From contig MU058337.1 in the NCBI GenBank assembly GCA_013265495.1, forward strand, positions 2,696,686 to 2,760,685: a stretch of DNA of 64,000 nt. Reading direction: 5' to 3'. Under the pieces are notes generated by a model. It was given only the letters and a program-made list of their open reading frames with translations, did not search any database and had not been told where the DNA came from. A program made the position numbers and the translations under genes. Every line of letters begins with the position of its first letter. Position 1 is the first letter of the stretch. This document shows positions 52,621-64,000 of this stretch, in pieces. This stretch comes from Vicugna vicugna (lineage: Eukaryota).

Positions 52621-53699
52621 TGGATTCTGAGCATTCACAGCCCAAAGGATCCCAGAAAGAGAGCGTGTTATAGTGCTGCTGCGGCCACAGCTTGAGTCAT
52701 TCACAGTTACAGCTCTCTCTCTCTCTCTTACTCTCTCTCTTTGTTGGTATAATTGTTAGTTTTAAATGGATGAAAGTTTTAAATCCTGTCAAGTTTCATG
52801 GTAATACTTTAAAAAGGTAATAAATAGTATTATATTAGAAAGAAATAGATAAATGATGGATGGAGATTCTTCTTTATCTTAATTTTATGGAATTCAGTGT
52901 AAGTTCTTATAATCTTGTGTTTCCTTGAGAGAATGTTTTCAAGCATTACATTAGCTTGACTTCTGCATAATGATTACAACCTTCAGAGCAATACTGAAGT
53001 CATTTGAGATTCTAAACATCATGCAATCCAGAAAGGAGAAGGGTTCTAAATTCTCATCATCTGGAGTCACAGATGTGTGACTTCTTCGTTTGCTTTTTTG
53101 TGCACTTAGAGTGTGAACCACTTAATCTTATTGACTAGGTTTTTTTTTTTTTTTTAACAGTCTCAGTTCAACCGTTAAGAACCGTTTGAAAAATCGGTCT
53201 GGCTGAAACACTTAAGCAAAGTGACTATTATGAATGTTATTAAATAAAATTACTCCAGGTAGTGTAAGCCATTTGTTCATAGTTTATGCTTAATATTTTA
53301 TGACTTATCTAAATTATACAGAAACATGCAACGAAGTCTTATATGTTTGTTGGTGTTTTGTTGTTGCCATTGTTACTCTTTTTGTCTGTTATCAGCAGCC
53401 ACCAGTATTGAGAATGCTCCTGCCACAAAAGACAAACATTTTATTTATGATAATATTGCATTTAATTAACAATATAACTATAGAAAAGATGTGGGATTTA
53501 GAGTCATTAATATCTATGCCCAAATGCCAGCCCTACCATTCTTTGCCTCGATGATCATGAGAAAGCTGTTAAAAAAATATCCACTAGCATCAGCGTTCTT
53601 GTTGGTAAAACTGGCATATAAGAAACACATTGCCAGGAGGCTACAGAAGCCAAATGACTCTCTGACAGATTTTAGGACAAGGAGGACTACAGTCAGTTG

Positions 53700-54520
53700 T
53701 GTGTTTTAGGAATGTCTCTTTGGCAGCAAAGAGGAGATGGTATTGAAGGGAAATAGCTTGCAGTAACTTTATGAGAATTTACAACAGTCTGAACCAAGGC
53801 AACAAACGTGGGTTAGAATCGGATTATCGGAGATCGTGTATCTGACATAGTGTCAATGAGGTTAGTTCTTAGCCTCGGACGGGAAAGTGGTGGGATTCAG
53901 ATATCAGTTCCCCAGTTCCCCAGTTCCCCAGACAATTGCAGGGTCTAGCCAAGGTTATGGACCAGTGACCTATAGATCTGATGAAGGTTGGATCAGACAG
54001 AGCTGTGGTAGAACCACATAAGATATGCCTGACTGCAATGATCAGCTTTTAAAAAACATGAATGCCCTAGCTTCACCCGGAAACATTAAATCAGAATCTC
54101 TGTCGGGGGGGTTCAGCTTTGCTTTAGCATTATTTAAAAGTTCCCTAGGTGATTTTAAAGAGAAGTCCAAGTTGAGAATTCCTGAGAAAGAAGACAGCTA
54201 GGCAAATCATAAAATGTTTAGACATCCATGTACATGGAGACCATTAACTGAGGGAAAAAAAATACATATGAAAATGCACAGATTAGGAGTGAGGATCAGA
54301 AAGAATGGTTTATTGGGCTGTGAACAGATTTAACATAAGATATCTAAGAGACCACCTAGTAATGATGCTCAAGAGGAAGCTGGGTCTATTACCCTGAATC
54401 TCAGAAAGGAGGCGTGGATTAAGAACACGTGTCAGTATGTAAGTGACAGTTGAGGCCAGGAGCAAAGACAGAGTCTCTCAAGAAGAATGTGTAGAGTGAC
54501 GATAATACAAAAATAAAGGT
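53700..54520 (-). mobile_element. L2 remnant containing a MER5-type insertion (about 54040-54185)
   Basis: L2: gtctgaaccaaggc; agatatctaagagaccacctag...cagttgaggccaggag. MER5: attaaatcagaatctctg...ttaaaagttccctaggtgatt...aagttgagaa. Confidence 0.55.
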
Positions 54521-55494
54521 ACAAGTCCCTTAGCACTGGCCTAGGGGAGGGGAATATCCTCCATTATTCAGATGCATGTAGAGAGAGAGATAATGGACCA
54601 CACGGGTATATATACATGAAGGAGTCTGTGTCAACATCCAGTGATTCGATCCAGCCATTTGGATACAGAACGACATACCAAAGAAAATTAGAAATGCGAA
54701 GAGCAAAGTGGCCCCAAACCAAAAGCAGATGAACTGATTCGAACGGCTCTGCTAAGACTCCCCTGCCTCCCAAATGAGGATCCATTTATTGTAAAACAGA
54801 AAATTAAACTTAGGAAACAGACACCCTGTCAATGTTCTCAGCTTTACCAGAGCTATAGGCCTTTGCATTGTTCCAGAATTCATAACATTTTAAATTCCAC
54901 AAATTAATTAACTTGCTTTGAATAGTTGAAAAACAATAATTAAAACCTAATGTCTTTTCTGTTGGGAAGCATAGGATCGTGAAGTACAGAGGATTGCTTT
55001 TGTATTTTCCTTACCTGCACCTAGGGAAATGAAACAAAACTGCATTTCACAGCCAGAATGTATTCTGGCAGAGCCTTTCAGGGCTGTAAAGTACAGGAGT
55101 TATTCTAGTCTCTGGAATTTAAATGTGGAATCCCACTAATTAGGGAACTATGACCTAGGTCATGTGAAAATTCTCAGTATTTGAAGATTAAATCACTCTG
55201 AGTGGTAGTAATTGACCTTTGTCAATTAAACATGCTTAGAGAATACTATGGTATTGTAAAATGTATAATTTTAGTGTATTTTAATTATGTTCTTCTCTTT
55301 CTTAAAAATTATTTATTTTGTATTAATGGAATTGGAATTGTACTCTTGAATCAAACTTCGTAGAATCAACCCATTCATTCTCATCTCATCACTGAGACCC
55401 TCCTTCCAGCAAATGGAAGAGACCACCAGGGGAAAGACTTTCCCCCATTTTTTCCCCTTAGAGTCTGTTTGGTGATCTGTCCAAGTGGCTGTCA

Positions 55495-55680
55495 AAGAAA
55501 TTGAGTCTGAATCCCATCTCCGACTTTAGACCAAAGTACAACCTTGGGCCAGTTAACGTAACTTATCATTTGGAGCACCGGGATGGTACCAATGAGATCG
55601 TTGTGAAAACTGAATGAAAGAGTCATGTGAAATGCTCACAGCTTTTCACGGAGTAAATAATAAATGTTAGCTTTCACTGC
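55495..55680 (+). mobile_element. MIR fragment
   Basis: gtctgaatccca...accttgggccagtta...gttgtgaaaactgaatgaaa...aataaatgttagc. Confidence 0.7.
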
Positions 55681-56016
55681 TAACAGTAATCAGCAGTATT
55701 GTCTGTTCCCTAAATGCCTTAAATCCTCCATTTCTAATAATAATAGATGTTAAGAGCAATACCTGGGACCTAAATTAGCAAGTACCTGCAGTTTCCAAAA
55801 AAAAAAAAGGAAAAAAAACCCAGTTATTTTATTGTTGAATTTAAGGAAAATATTCATACACTTTATGTGAATACGTGAATTTCAACACCATACACACAGG
55901 ATGCTGACCTCTTGCTTCAGTTTCATGTTCTAACCTGCCCGTGATGTGTTGAAATTAGTCAAACTCAGTACAACAGAAAGTCTTTGCCTGATTATCTCTC
56001 TTGTCTTATTGGCCAC

Positions 56017-56436
56017 TGTGGTAGGCTGAATAGTTGTCCCAGGCATACTTCAACATCTGAATTCCCAGACACTATGAATATGATCTGTTATATGGTAAAA
56101 GGAACTTGGTAGGTTTGTTTAAGAGTTTTTAAATAGTAAGATTATCTTGGAGCATCCAAATGGTCCCAATATAATCCAAAGGAATCATACTACCTATGGA
56201 AGATCAGATTGGATTGATGTGGCTACAAACCAAAGAAAGCTGGCAGGCACCCAGAGACTGAAAGAGGCAAGGAATGGATTTTCTTCTAAAGCTTCAGGTA
56301 GAACAAGCCCTTGATTTTAGCCCTTTAAGATTTACTTCAGACTTTTCTTTTCCAGATATATAAGAGAAGAAACTACGTTGTTTCAGGTAACCGAGTTTGT
56401 CGTATTGAGTTACAGCAGCCATAGGGAGCTAATATA
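56017..56436 (+). mobile_element. MaLR solo LTR (MLT1C/D-like) with 5-bp TSD
   Basis: tgtggtaggctgaata...aagaggcaaggaatggatt...ttacagcagccatagggagctaatata; perfect TSD GCCAC at 56012-56016 and 56437-56441. Confidence 0.9.
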
Positions 56437-56519
56437 GCCACTTCTCACACTGTCTCAAGAGCTAGTTCATCCCTTTATATTATCCAGGCTCCTGCTCAAA
56501 TGACATTTCTACAGAGAAT

Positions 56520-57430
56520 ATTTCCACAGAAAAGAGACAGTTTACATTAAAGACTCAGGAATCAAAATGGCTTCAGATTTTCAACAGCAGCTCTGAAAGC
56601 TAGAAGGCAATGACGCCATGTATGAAAACTCTGTAGGAAAGTAATTCCCAACCAGAAAACTCTATATCCAGCCAAGCAATCAAGCCTGTTAGGAGAACAA
56701 AGACATTTCAAGACCAATGAAAACTTTTAAATATTTCATGCACTCCCATTCTTCTAAATCTACCAAAAGTTACGCTACATTCAAATGAAGGAGCGTTTCA
56801 AGAAAGGAAAAAGACAGCAGAAGTAGGATGCACACGGTACAATCCCTAAAGTGACAGTGAAAGGAGATGCCACCGTGAGAGCCTTGTTCTGGATGAGCAG
56901 AGCAATCACCTTAGCTCAGAGCAAGTCAGACAACTGCAAGGGGCGTTCCTTCTGGCAGCTTAAAGGGATCCGTTACCCGATGCAGATGGTCGTCTTGAGA
57001 GGACATTTGGGCTGAATTATGAACTAGCTCATAGAAAGATATGAAAGTTACAAAGTACCCCATGATACTGGCAAAAAAATGTGGAAAACATAAGTCATCC
57101 TTGTCTTCTATGTAGTTTAACTCAGAATAGTAAGCACCATAGTGTAATGAGTGGTCGCATCGTACACGCTTTCATATGTAAGAATGTAGTGGGGCTGGAA
57201 GAAGAAGAGCTAAGGCTTTATCTTAGGAAATGACTTGTGCTGACACTTAGGAATGAAAAAGAGGAGTGTGAGGTGTGCTATTTAGAAATGGGAAGTCCAG
57301 ATCAGAGACTTGGCCAAAGTTGTTGGATGTGAGGTGAGAAAGGAGGCTGTTGATGTCTGTAAAAGTACCTTGCAAACAAGTTAAAATTTTAAACTTGGTG
57401 CTTATATAATTGTGATAGAACTAAAAACAT
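56520..57430 (+). mobile_element. HAL1 (half-L1) 3' portion
   Basis: ORF1 C-terminal remnant (caggaatcaaaatggcttcagattttcaacagcagctctgaaagctagaaggcaatg...ctatatccagccaa), then HAL1-like caagaaaggaaaagaca...gagcaatca and an A-rich end. Confidence 0.7.
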
Positions 57431-57449
57431 AAAAAGAATGTAAACTATA

Positions 57450-58950
57450 ATTTCTAATAGCAAGAAAAAAACAGATGATATAGTATTAAATTCAACAAGT
57501 AAATAGGACATTTATGGAGAAAAACAATAAGAAAGAAAGAAATAATTATAATGAAATAAACACTTTTTATGCATGAGCCAAGTTATTATCATACAAATGT
57601 AAAATTTCCCCAAGTTTATCTGATATTATTGCAATTGCAATCAATTCAACTGGGATGAAATTACAACAAACTAATTCTAAATTAAACATGAAAGGGTAAA
57701 TATGCATGAAGAGGTAAAGTAGTTTTGAGAGAGAATGCCAAAGAGAGGACACAATCTTCAAAAAGTAAGATATATGAAAAAGAACATTGGTGGGAAAGTA
57801 GGACAAACTTGAGTCAGGGTTTGAGTCTGGGTAATGATATTATTCCCATGTTTATCTCCTGTTTTTGACAACTGTACTATGATTTTGTGAGATGTTAACT
57901 TTAGGAGAAGTTGAGAGGAAGATACAGGAAGCACTTTCTTTTTCCCATATTTCAGCAACTTTCCTTGTATTCTAAAATTAGTTCAAAATAAACCTTTTTT
58001 TAAAAAAGACAATGCAGTTAAAATACTGAAGAACTGGTAAAAGTGTGGAGTTGAATTAAAAAAATAGTGCATCTTAAAATATCCATCTATATATTTTGAT
58101 TTGGTTGGACAAAAGTGTTTTCAGTAATCAGTAGGTAAATGGAGAAGTTATTTAGTAAATGATGTGGGAAAACTGGCTCACCTTTTAGCAAAAAAAAAGT
58201 TCCTATTACACCATAGAAAAAACAATTTCAAAAGAATTTATGCCTAGCTATAAAAGCAAAAACATTAAGATGCTAATAGAAGAAAATATCAAATAGTTTT
58301 GGAATCTGTGTACGGAGGACTATGTGTCAATTTTTAAATACAACTATAATGCATATAGATGAGTATATAAAACTAAAGAATTCAGGTAGAAAACTTAGTG
58401 GCCAACAATACATCAAAAGGCAGTTAACTGCACTAATAATTTGGGGAATGCAATTTTAAATCATGGCATACACGTATTCTACAATACTGATAAAAGTTAG
58501 AGAGAAAGCTAATAGCAGGTGCTATCAAAATATGAAGAAATCAAAACCTTTGTACTACTGCTGGGAAAATACAGGGCTCCATTCTGAGAGCAAACTTCCA
58601 GTACTTAATGAGATTGTAAACAGCCTATGGCCCCAGCCTTCCTTCTTCTTAGTGAACACCTGAGGAAAATCATCCAGAAGTCAACAGGACGTATAAAGGA
58701 GAGAATTCATTGCCACATTTTGTTGACCAAGAAGAACAAAGGACAATCCAAGCTGCATACGAGGACTGTATGAATAAAAGGGGTGATAAGCACAAAATGG
58801 AATAATACGCATTATCAGAAGTAATATAATTTTATAGATACATAAACCCAAAGTGATCTCAAATATAAAAGATGAACAAGGCAGAAAGAAATGTAATGAG
58901 ATGTGTAGCACAATATTTTAAGTACATTTAAAACATAAATATGCAGAACG
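57450..58950 (+). mobile_element. Fragmented old L1 (L1ME-like) ORF2/3' end with a nested L1M 3' tail (about 57820-58005)
   Basis: ctaattctaaattaaacatg; atttagtaaatgatgtgggaaaactggct; tttgacaactgtactatg...caactttccttgtattctaaaattagttcaaaataaa. Confidence 0.65.
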
Positions 58951-59556
58951 TAAATATTTACTAACAAATAAAGCATATAACTAAATAAATATATAAATGT
59001 GTTGAAAGCACATTTATTAAATATGCTAAAATGTATGTGGCAGTGAGACTGAGAATATGATTGAAGATGTCAGATGAAAAATACTCAGTAAATTAAAAGA
59101 AAATAAAGGTCTTCACCTAGAACTGATAATAGCGTGCCATAAATTGGGATATAGCAGCTTCTTGTGCTCAGAGCTGAAAATTAAATTTAAAGCTAATAAT
59201 AATAATAATAAGTCCAAGATTATTTCTGAGCAGCTAATGTAGTACTTCATTATTTATGACCAAGCATTTAGCATAAAAGTAGTAATGCCTATGAAATTAT
59301 CAGCTAATAAAGTGTACTTTTTAAAGGCAACTATAAAGGATAGAGAGAGACGAGGTTTAAATCGGTAAATACGTACATAAGTGTTCACACATATGGCTAC
59401 AATTTAGATGTCCACGTATGAACCACGTTGCTTTGTCATGCACACTGAATATAACTCACAAAGTAATTTTTAGGGATTTAACTATGTTACAAGTAACTGC
59501 TTTTTTTAGTATAATTTAACAGAATTGTAAGAGGCATCTCAAAAACTGAGGTGTTT

Positions 59557-59724
59557 AAAGTCTATAACTGTATAGCTCAGGGAAATATAGTCAAGATCTT
59601 GTAATAGCTCACAGTGAAAAAGAATATGAGAACGAATATATGTATCTTCATGTATGACTGAAAAACTGTGCTGTACACCAAAAACTGACACAACATTGTA
59701 AATTGACTATAACTCAATTGAAGT
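59557..59724 (+). mobile_element. Short artiodactyl/camelid L1 3' tail with TSD
   Basis: actgtatagctcagggaaatatagtcaagatcttgtaatagctcacagtgaaaaagaat...; TSD aaaactgaggtgttt (59542-59556) / aaaattgaggtgttt (59725-59739), 14/15 match. Confidence 0.9.
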
Positions 59725-60262
59725 AAAATTGAGGTGTTTCTATCATTAAGTATCATGGAGGAGAACAATTACAGTCAAACCAAAAAGTTTTCAAAAACCT
59801 CATAGGAGGGGAGGGCACATTTGCATGGAGAGAATCAGTAAATTTGCAATTCACGTGAGATGAATGGTGCAGTTGTGAGAATTAAGAAATGTATACGAAA
59901 AACAGGAAAAGCTGTTTCAGGAAAGCTGAAGTGCAGAGGGTGATTTTATAGGTTTTCAAACTTGAATACAATTAACTCTGAATCTTAAACTGACGACTCT
60001 AGGCTTGCTTTCCTACTGGCTTGAGCGAGAACTGGAGATCGCCCCCCCGAAGCTCTGCTCTCCTGTAACTCTCTAGAGACCTTTTCACATATTCTCACCC
60101 AAGCAATAGAAATTTGATACAAAAACTCCTATTTTAAAAGCTAATTTTAAGTTAAACTCCCTTCCCTAATCTCTTGAAAGATACGTGATTGTTCTCTCCA
60201 AATACAAAGACATAGTCTTCACTCTCGAGATTTCTTTTTTGAGGCAATATTACCTACTTCTG

Positions 60263-60360
60263 GAGCATGTAGCTCAATGGTAGAGCAAGTGCTTAGCATG
60301 CACGAGGTCCTGGGTTCAATCCCCAGTACCTCCATTTTAAAAAAACAAACAAACAAAACT
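60263..60360 (+). mobile_element. tRNA-Ala(AGC)-derived SINE (vic-1 type) with perfect 17-bp TSD
   Basis: gtagctcaatggtagagcaagtgcttagcatgcacgaggtcctgggttcaatccccagtacctcca plus A-rich tail; aatattacctacttctg at 60246-60262 and 60361-60377. Confidence 0.93.
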
Positions 60361-60599
60361 AATATTACCTACTTCTGTGGGTTTCTAGAGTCCATTTTAA
60401 CTGCGCTCACCTACTGTTGACCAAGATCTCCTATTAGGCATGCTTCTTTTTGTTCCAATTATTTAGACAACTGTTTTCATCATAAATCTTAGTCCAGTGT
60501 TTCTCTTTGTTTTTCCTTAAGATATAAATTTAACTATTACATGACAATTTCATCAACCAAGAAATACCAATTGTTATATTTGGGATCCATGATTCTTCA

Positions 60600-61290
60600 A
60601 ACAGTTTTTGATCTACTGGATGCAGTTTGCTCTATATTTAATCTAGACTGTCATCCTATTACTGGTTGCCTATACAGTGTCAGTTGTTCTGGAGTGTTGA
60701 CTCTAAGATGATTGCTTGGGTTTGGGGGACAATAATTTATATATTATTATATATTGTATGTTGCTAGAGCCAAGTGGTAGTAATTAGGTATTAAGCACCT
60801 TTATATTGAGAGGAAGCTGTTAGCAATTCCTCTTGATCCTGCACTGGCTGATGTGGAGCTAGTTGCTAGTGACGTTCCTTTTCTTATAATTCTAAGTGTT
60901 TAATAGATCTCTTTTGATTTAAATACAGATTCTTTGCTGTCACCTTGTTAAGTGGTTTCTGTTGTTCAAATGTCTGTTTGCATATTAATGAACTTATATT
61001 GCTGTGTATTTATGCCTTATTTATCCCAACTTGAATTTATGTTTTTGCTGTCTCGACTCTATTGGCATTTGATGATTGTTTTGCTTATTTCACTTGTTAT
61101 ATTTTTTAAAAAATGATTTTTACTCTGTTCCATAACTGTTGAAATATGTCTGTTCTTTCTCTTTAGTAAGCCTATTGGTCCTCATGTTTTCCTTGATGTT
61201 AATTTAACTTGATTTGAATTTTAAAATATTCTTGTCTATTTTCTTAGTTCATTTCCTTTTAAATGAAAGTATATTTATTCTAGGTAACTA
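60600..61290 (-). mobile_element. Possible highly decayed L1/HAL1 ORF1-region remnant
   Basis: Strong T-skew and weak antisense ORF1-like motifs (ctggctgatgtggagctagttgctagtg). Confidence 0.35.
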
Positions 61291-63804
61291 AAAGGATAAT
61301 TTTGTTTAAAGAAGATTTATTGTTGTGTTACTGAGAAATACAAGTGTTAGAAAACTGATTACCAAAACCAATTCTGGATCAAGATATATATTTTATTTCA
61401 AGAATTATAATGTTCAAAGAGAAATAAGATTTGACTGGAACATAATTGGTAAGAACTCCATCACTCTGAAACCCAAATAAAGTAATCTAACTGCAAAGCT
61501 TAGGAGTTTCTAAAGTTGTATTTGAAGAAGGATATATACATATACATATATATATAAAGAGAGAGAAAAATAATTATTATTAAACTTGTCTTATGTTTCA
61601 CTGTTTCATAATAGTTAAAGATCTGCTGTTTGGTACCAGAAGTGGGTTTCAGTGGAAAGATGTCATATAAATATATCTCAGGATGGTGATCATTGTTAAA
61701 AAAGTTTGGGGAAGAATGAATGGTTTGTGGGTGAGAGGAGATTACAAGAAATGGTGACACCAACTGAGGGGTCTGATGTGGTAAATATGGATAATTTTGA
61801 CATATGGTTCCTCGCAAGGAAATGACTGTACTAATTACCTATGCTTAATTATTTATCAACAGTCTCTTTGAGTCTTTCAGAGATCCTCAGTGACCCCATG
61901 TCTAGAGTTCCTGACCCTCAGTATGAGAAACACTGAGTGCAAACAAGCGAAAATTGCTCAGAGCTATGTTATTTCTGAAGTACAAAATGGCTTACAAAGT
62001 TAAAAATAGAAATCTAAATACATGTGTCAACACTTACATGAATGGAAACACTGAATCTCCTCTTTCAGACCGAGCATCTCTTCTTAAAGTAGTCAGAGTA
62101 GCATAATCAGGGTAAAGTCAAGTAATTGCCAGTGGGGTCTTGGACAAGACATTTCTTCTTCCACAAGCTTTTCCTTTTTTTGTTTGTTTGTCTGAAGTAC
62201 CTCTTGCCATTGTCTTATAATGCTTATATTAAGAATTACATGGAATCTATATGGATCATAATTTTATTTAAATACAAAGCTCAACTTTCATTTTAAGTTG
62301 AATTTAATTCACATCCCAAGAGAGGAAAAGGCTATTAATTTTTAGTCTGAATATGACCAAAAACATGACAAGTGATAACAGTGAGGGTTTATGGACATGA
62401 TGCATGGTTATTCAATTATAATATTTGACTAAAAATAGTTTTTCTTACAATTCTAAAGAATTACAAATCAGAAAACAGATCTCAAAGTTATTGTCACAAA
62501 TGTAGGTAACCTACTGGATTTGGGAGAGATGAAGATAATTTTAAATGGCAGATGAGTTCACATTAAACAGATGATAATTCTGGACATTTTAAATATGTAG
62601 ACATATTTATTCAAATAAGAGCTGAAACATAAGATGAAATAGAATCACATTAATGAAGTTTTTGTTAATTATCAATGTATTAAGGATGACCTTTATCTTA
62701 TTGTATATTTTATGTGATTTATCTAATTTAATCCAAGTAAATTACATCTAATAATCCTACTGATTAAAACATGTTTGGAGGTCCCTCTCATGTGCTAGTT
62801 CACAAAATGAGCTGGAAAGCCTGGATTACTTTATTTCAATAATTTATTCCCTGATTCACTGAATAAGCACTTATTGTATGTTTACATGAGGCCATGTGAG
62901 GTGTTTTATAAAGGTGGTTATAATTTAATAAAGGACTTATTAATACTTTCCCACCTGCATCTAAATCCATAATAAAGTAATATGTTTACTCAGTCATTTT
63001 TAATAGCAAGAGTGATCATTTTTAAAATTGCAATATTAATAATTTATTAAATATTCACATTGGGGCTTTAGCATACAAAGTATTGTGTTCTTTAAAATAA
63101 TCACCATGGAAGAATATACTTTTTCTACTTTTTGATACTATGTCTATAATATTCAGGAGTAAAATATAGAGGGCACCCTGACTATTCTAAATGAAGAAGT
63201 TATCTAAAAAGATTAATCTGATCTTCAGATCATCTGTGTCACTTATGAACAAGATCCTCTCATTTTACTTAATATGAAAAAATAATATTTCACCTCTACA
63301 TTTCCATTCAAGTCTTACTTCCCTGGGAAGATTTTTTTTTCCTGTCCTTTTTAGAGTTCCAGCTCAACAATCTTGCTTTCCTGAAATTACATCAGATCGC
63401 ATTCATACATCACTCGTGCAACACATTAATGCTTCCTGCCTCTCAGGAGTCTGACTCTTAATGAAGGGTCTTCTCCTTTGCGTCAGGTTATAAATGCCTA
63501 GAAGTTGTTACTTTCTTATGTTTCTGAGTATCTCAAGTAATAGTACCTTTTGCATGAAAATGGTAGGTTGATCAAAAATGTTAACTAACCATATATGGCA
63601 AATACAAATATAGATCCGACTTGATATTATAAAATGGTTCTAGGATCCACTTAAAATTGTGAATTAATCTCAAGTCCTGGGAGGCACTGGGTTAATTAAC
63701 AGATGAAATTGTAAAGAGGAAGGTTGAATGTGGAGACATAATACAGAGTTAGCGTTATATCCATGCCCTCTCCTAACTCATTTACTTATTTCTTGAAGCC
63801 ACAA

Positions 63805-63930
63805 TGATTTAACCAATCATAAATTGATATAAACCAACTGTATGCTAAGAATTTTGTTGGCTCTGGGAATATAAAAAAAAGGAAGGTAAAGCTTTGCTTA
63901 CTTCTCCATGCTCAGGTTCTAGTTGAAACT
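63805..63930 (-). mobile_element. L2 3' fragment
   Basis: caactgtatgctaagaattttgttggctctgggaatata...ttctccatgctcaggttctagtt. Confidence 0.5.
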
Positions 63931-64000
63931 TGTTTGTTAATTTTGTCAGTTCTCTAAAATTGAAAGCTTACAATCAATTTACCTTTTGTAAGTTAGTGCA

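Noticed and set aside
60263..60335. Functional tRNA-Ala(AGC) gene
   Set aside because: Acceptor stem mispaired; A-rich tail and 17-bp TSD indicate retroposition.

Overview
This is AT-rich mammalian non-coding DNA, either a large intron or a gene desert. It is most likely from a camelid: it carries tRNA-Ala-derived vic-1-type SINEs and short artiodactyl-type L1 3' tails. I could not support any protein-coding exon or named gene. The ORF-track entries I could account for are antisense L1, L2/MER20, LTR, SINE or microsatellite sequence; the rest resemble no protein I recognise. A large part of the window is decayed transposable elements (L1MC/L1MB/L1ME, HAL1, L2, MIR, MER5/MER20/MER58, MLT1, ERV1 solo LTRs). 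Subfamily names are from recall of consensus sequences and most boundaries are approximate. Most notable observations: (1) a 120-bp ungapped ~92%-identical inverted duplication of a MER20/L2 junction with a template-switch-like scar; (2) four same-orientation ERV1-type LTRs of three families within about 3 kb, mimicking but not forming a provirus; (3) an AT-rich segment at 13.1-13.65 kb with little CpG depletion and clustered CCAAT, CRE-like and PBX-HOX motifs; (4) a 243-bp pure pyrimidine tract with 24-bp higher-order periodicity; (5) speculative small-exon and microexon candidates. I see no convincing novel multi-gene system.
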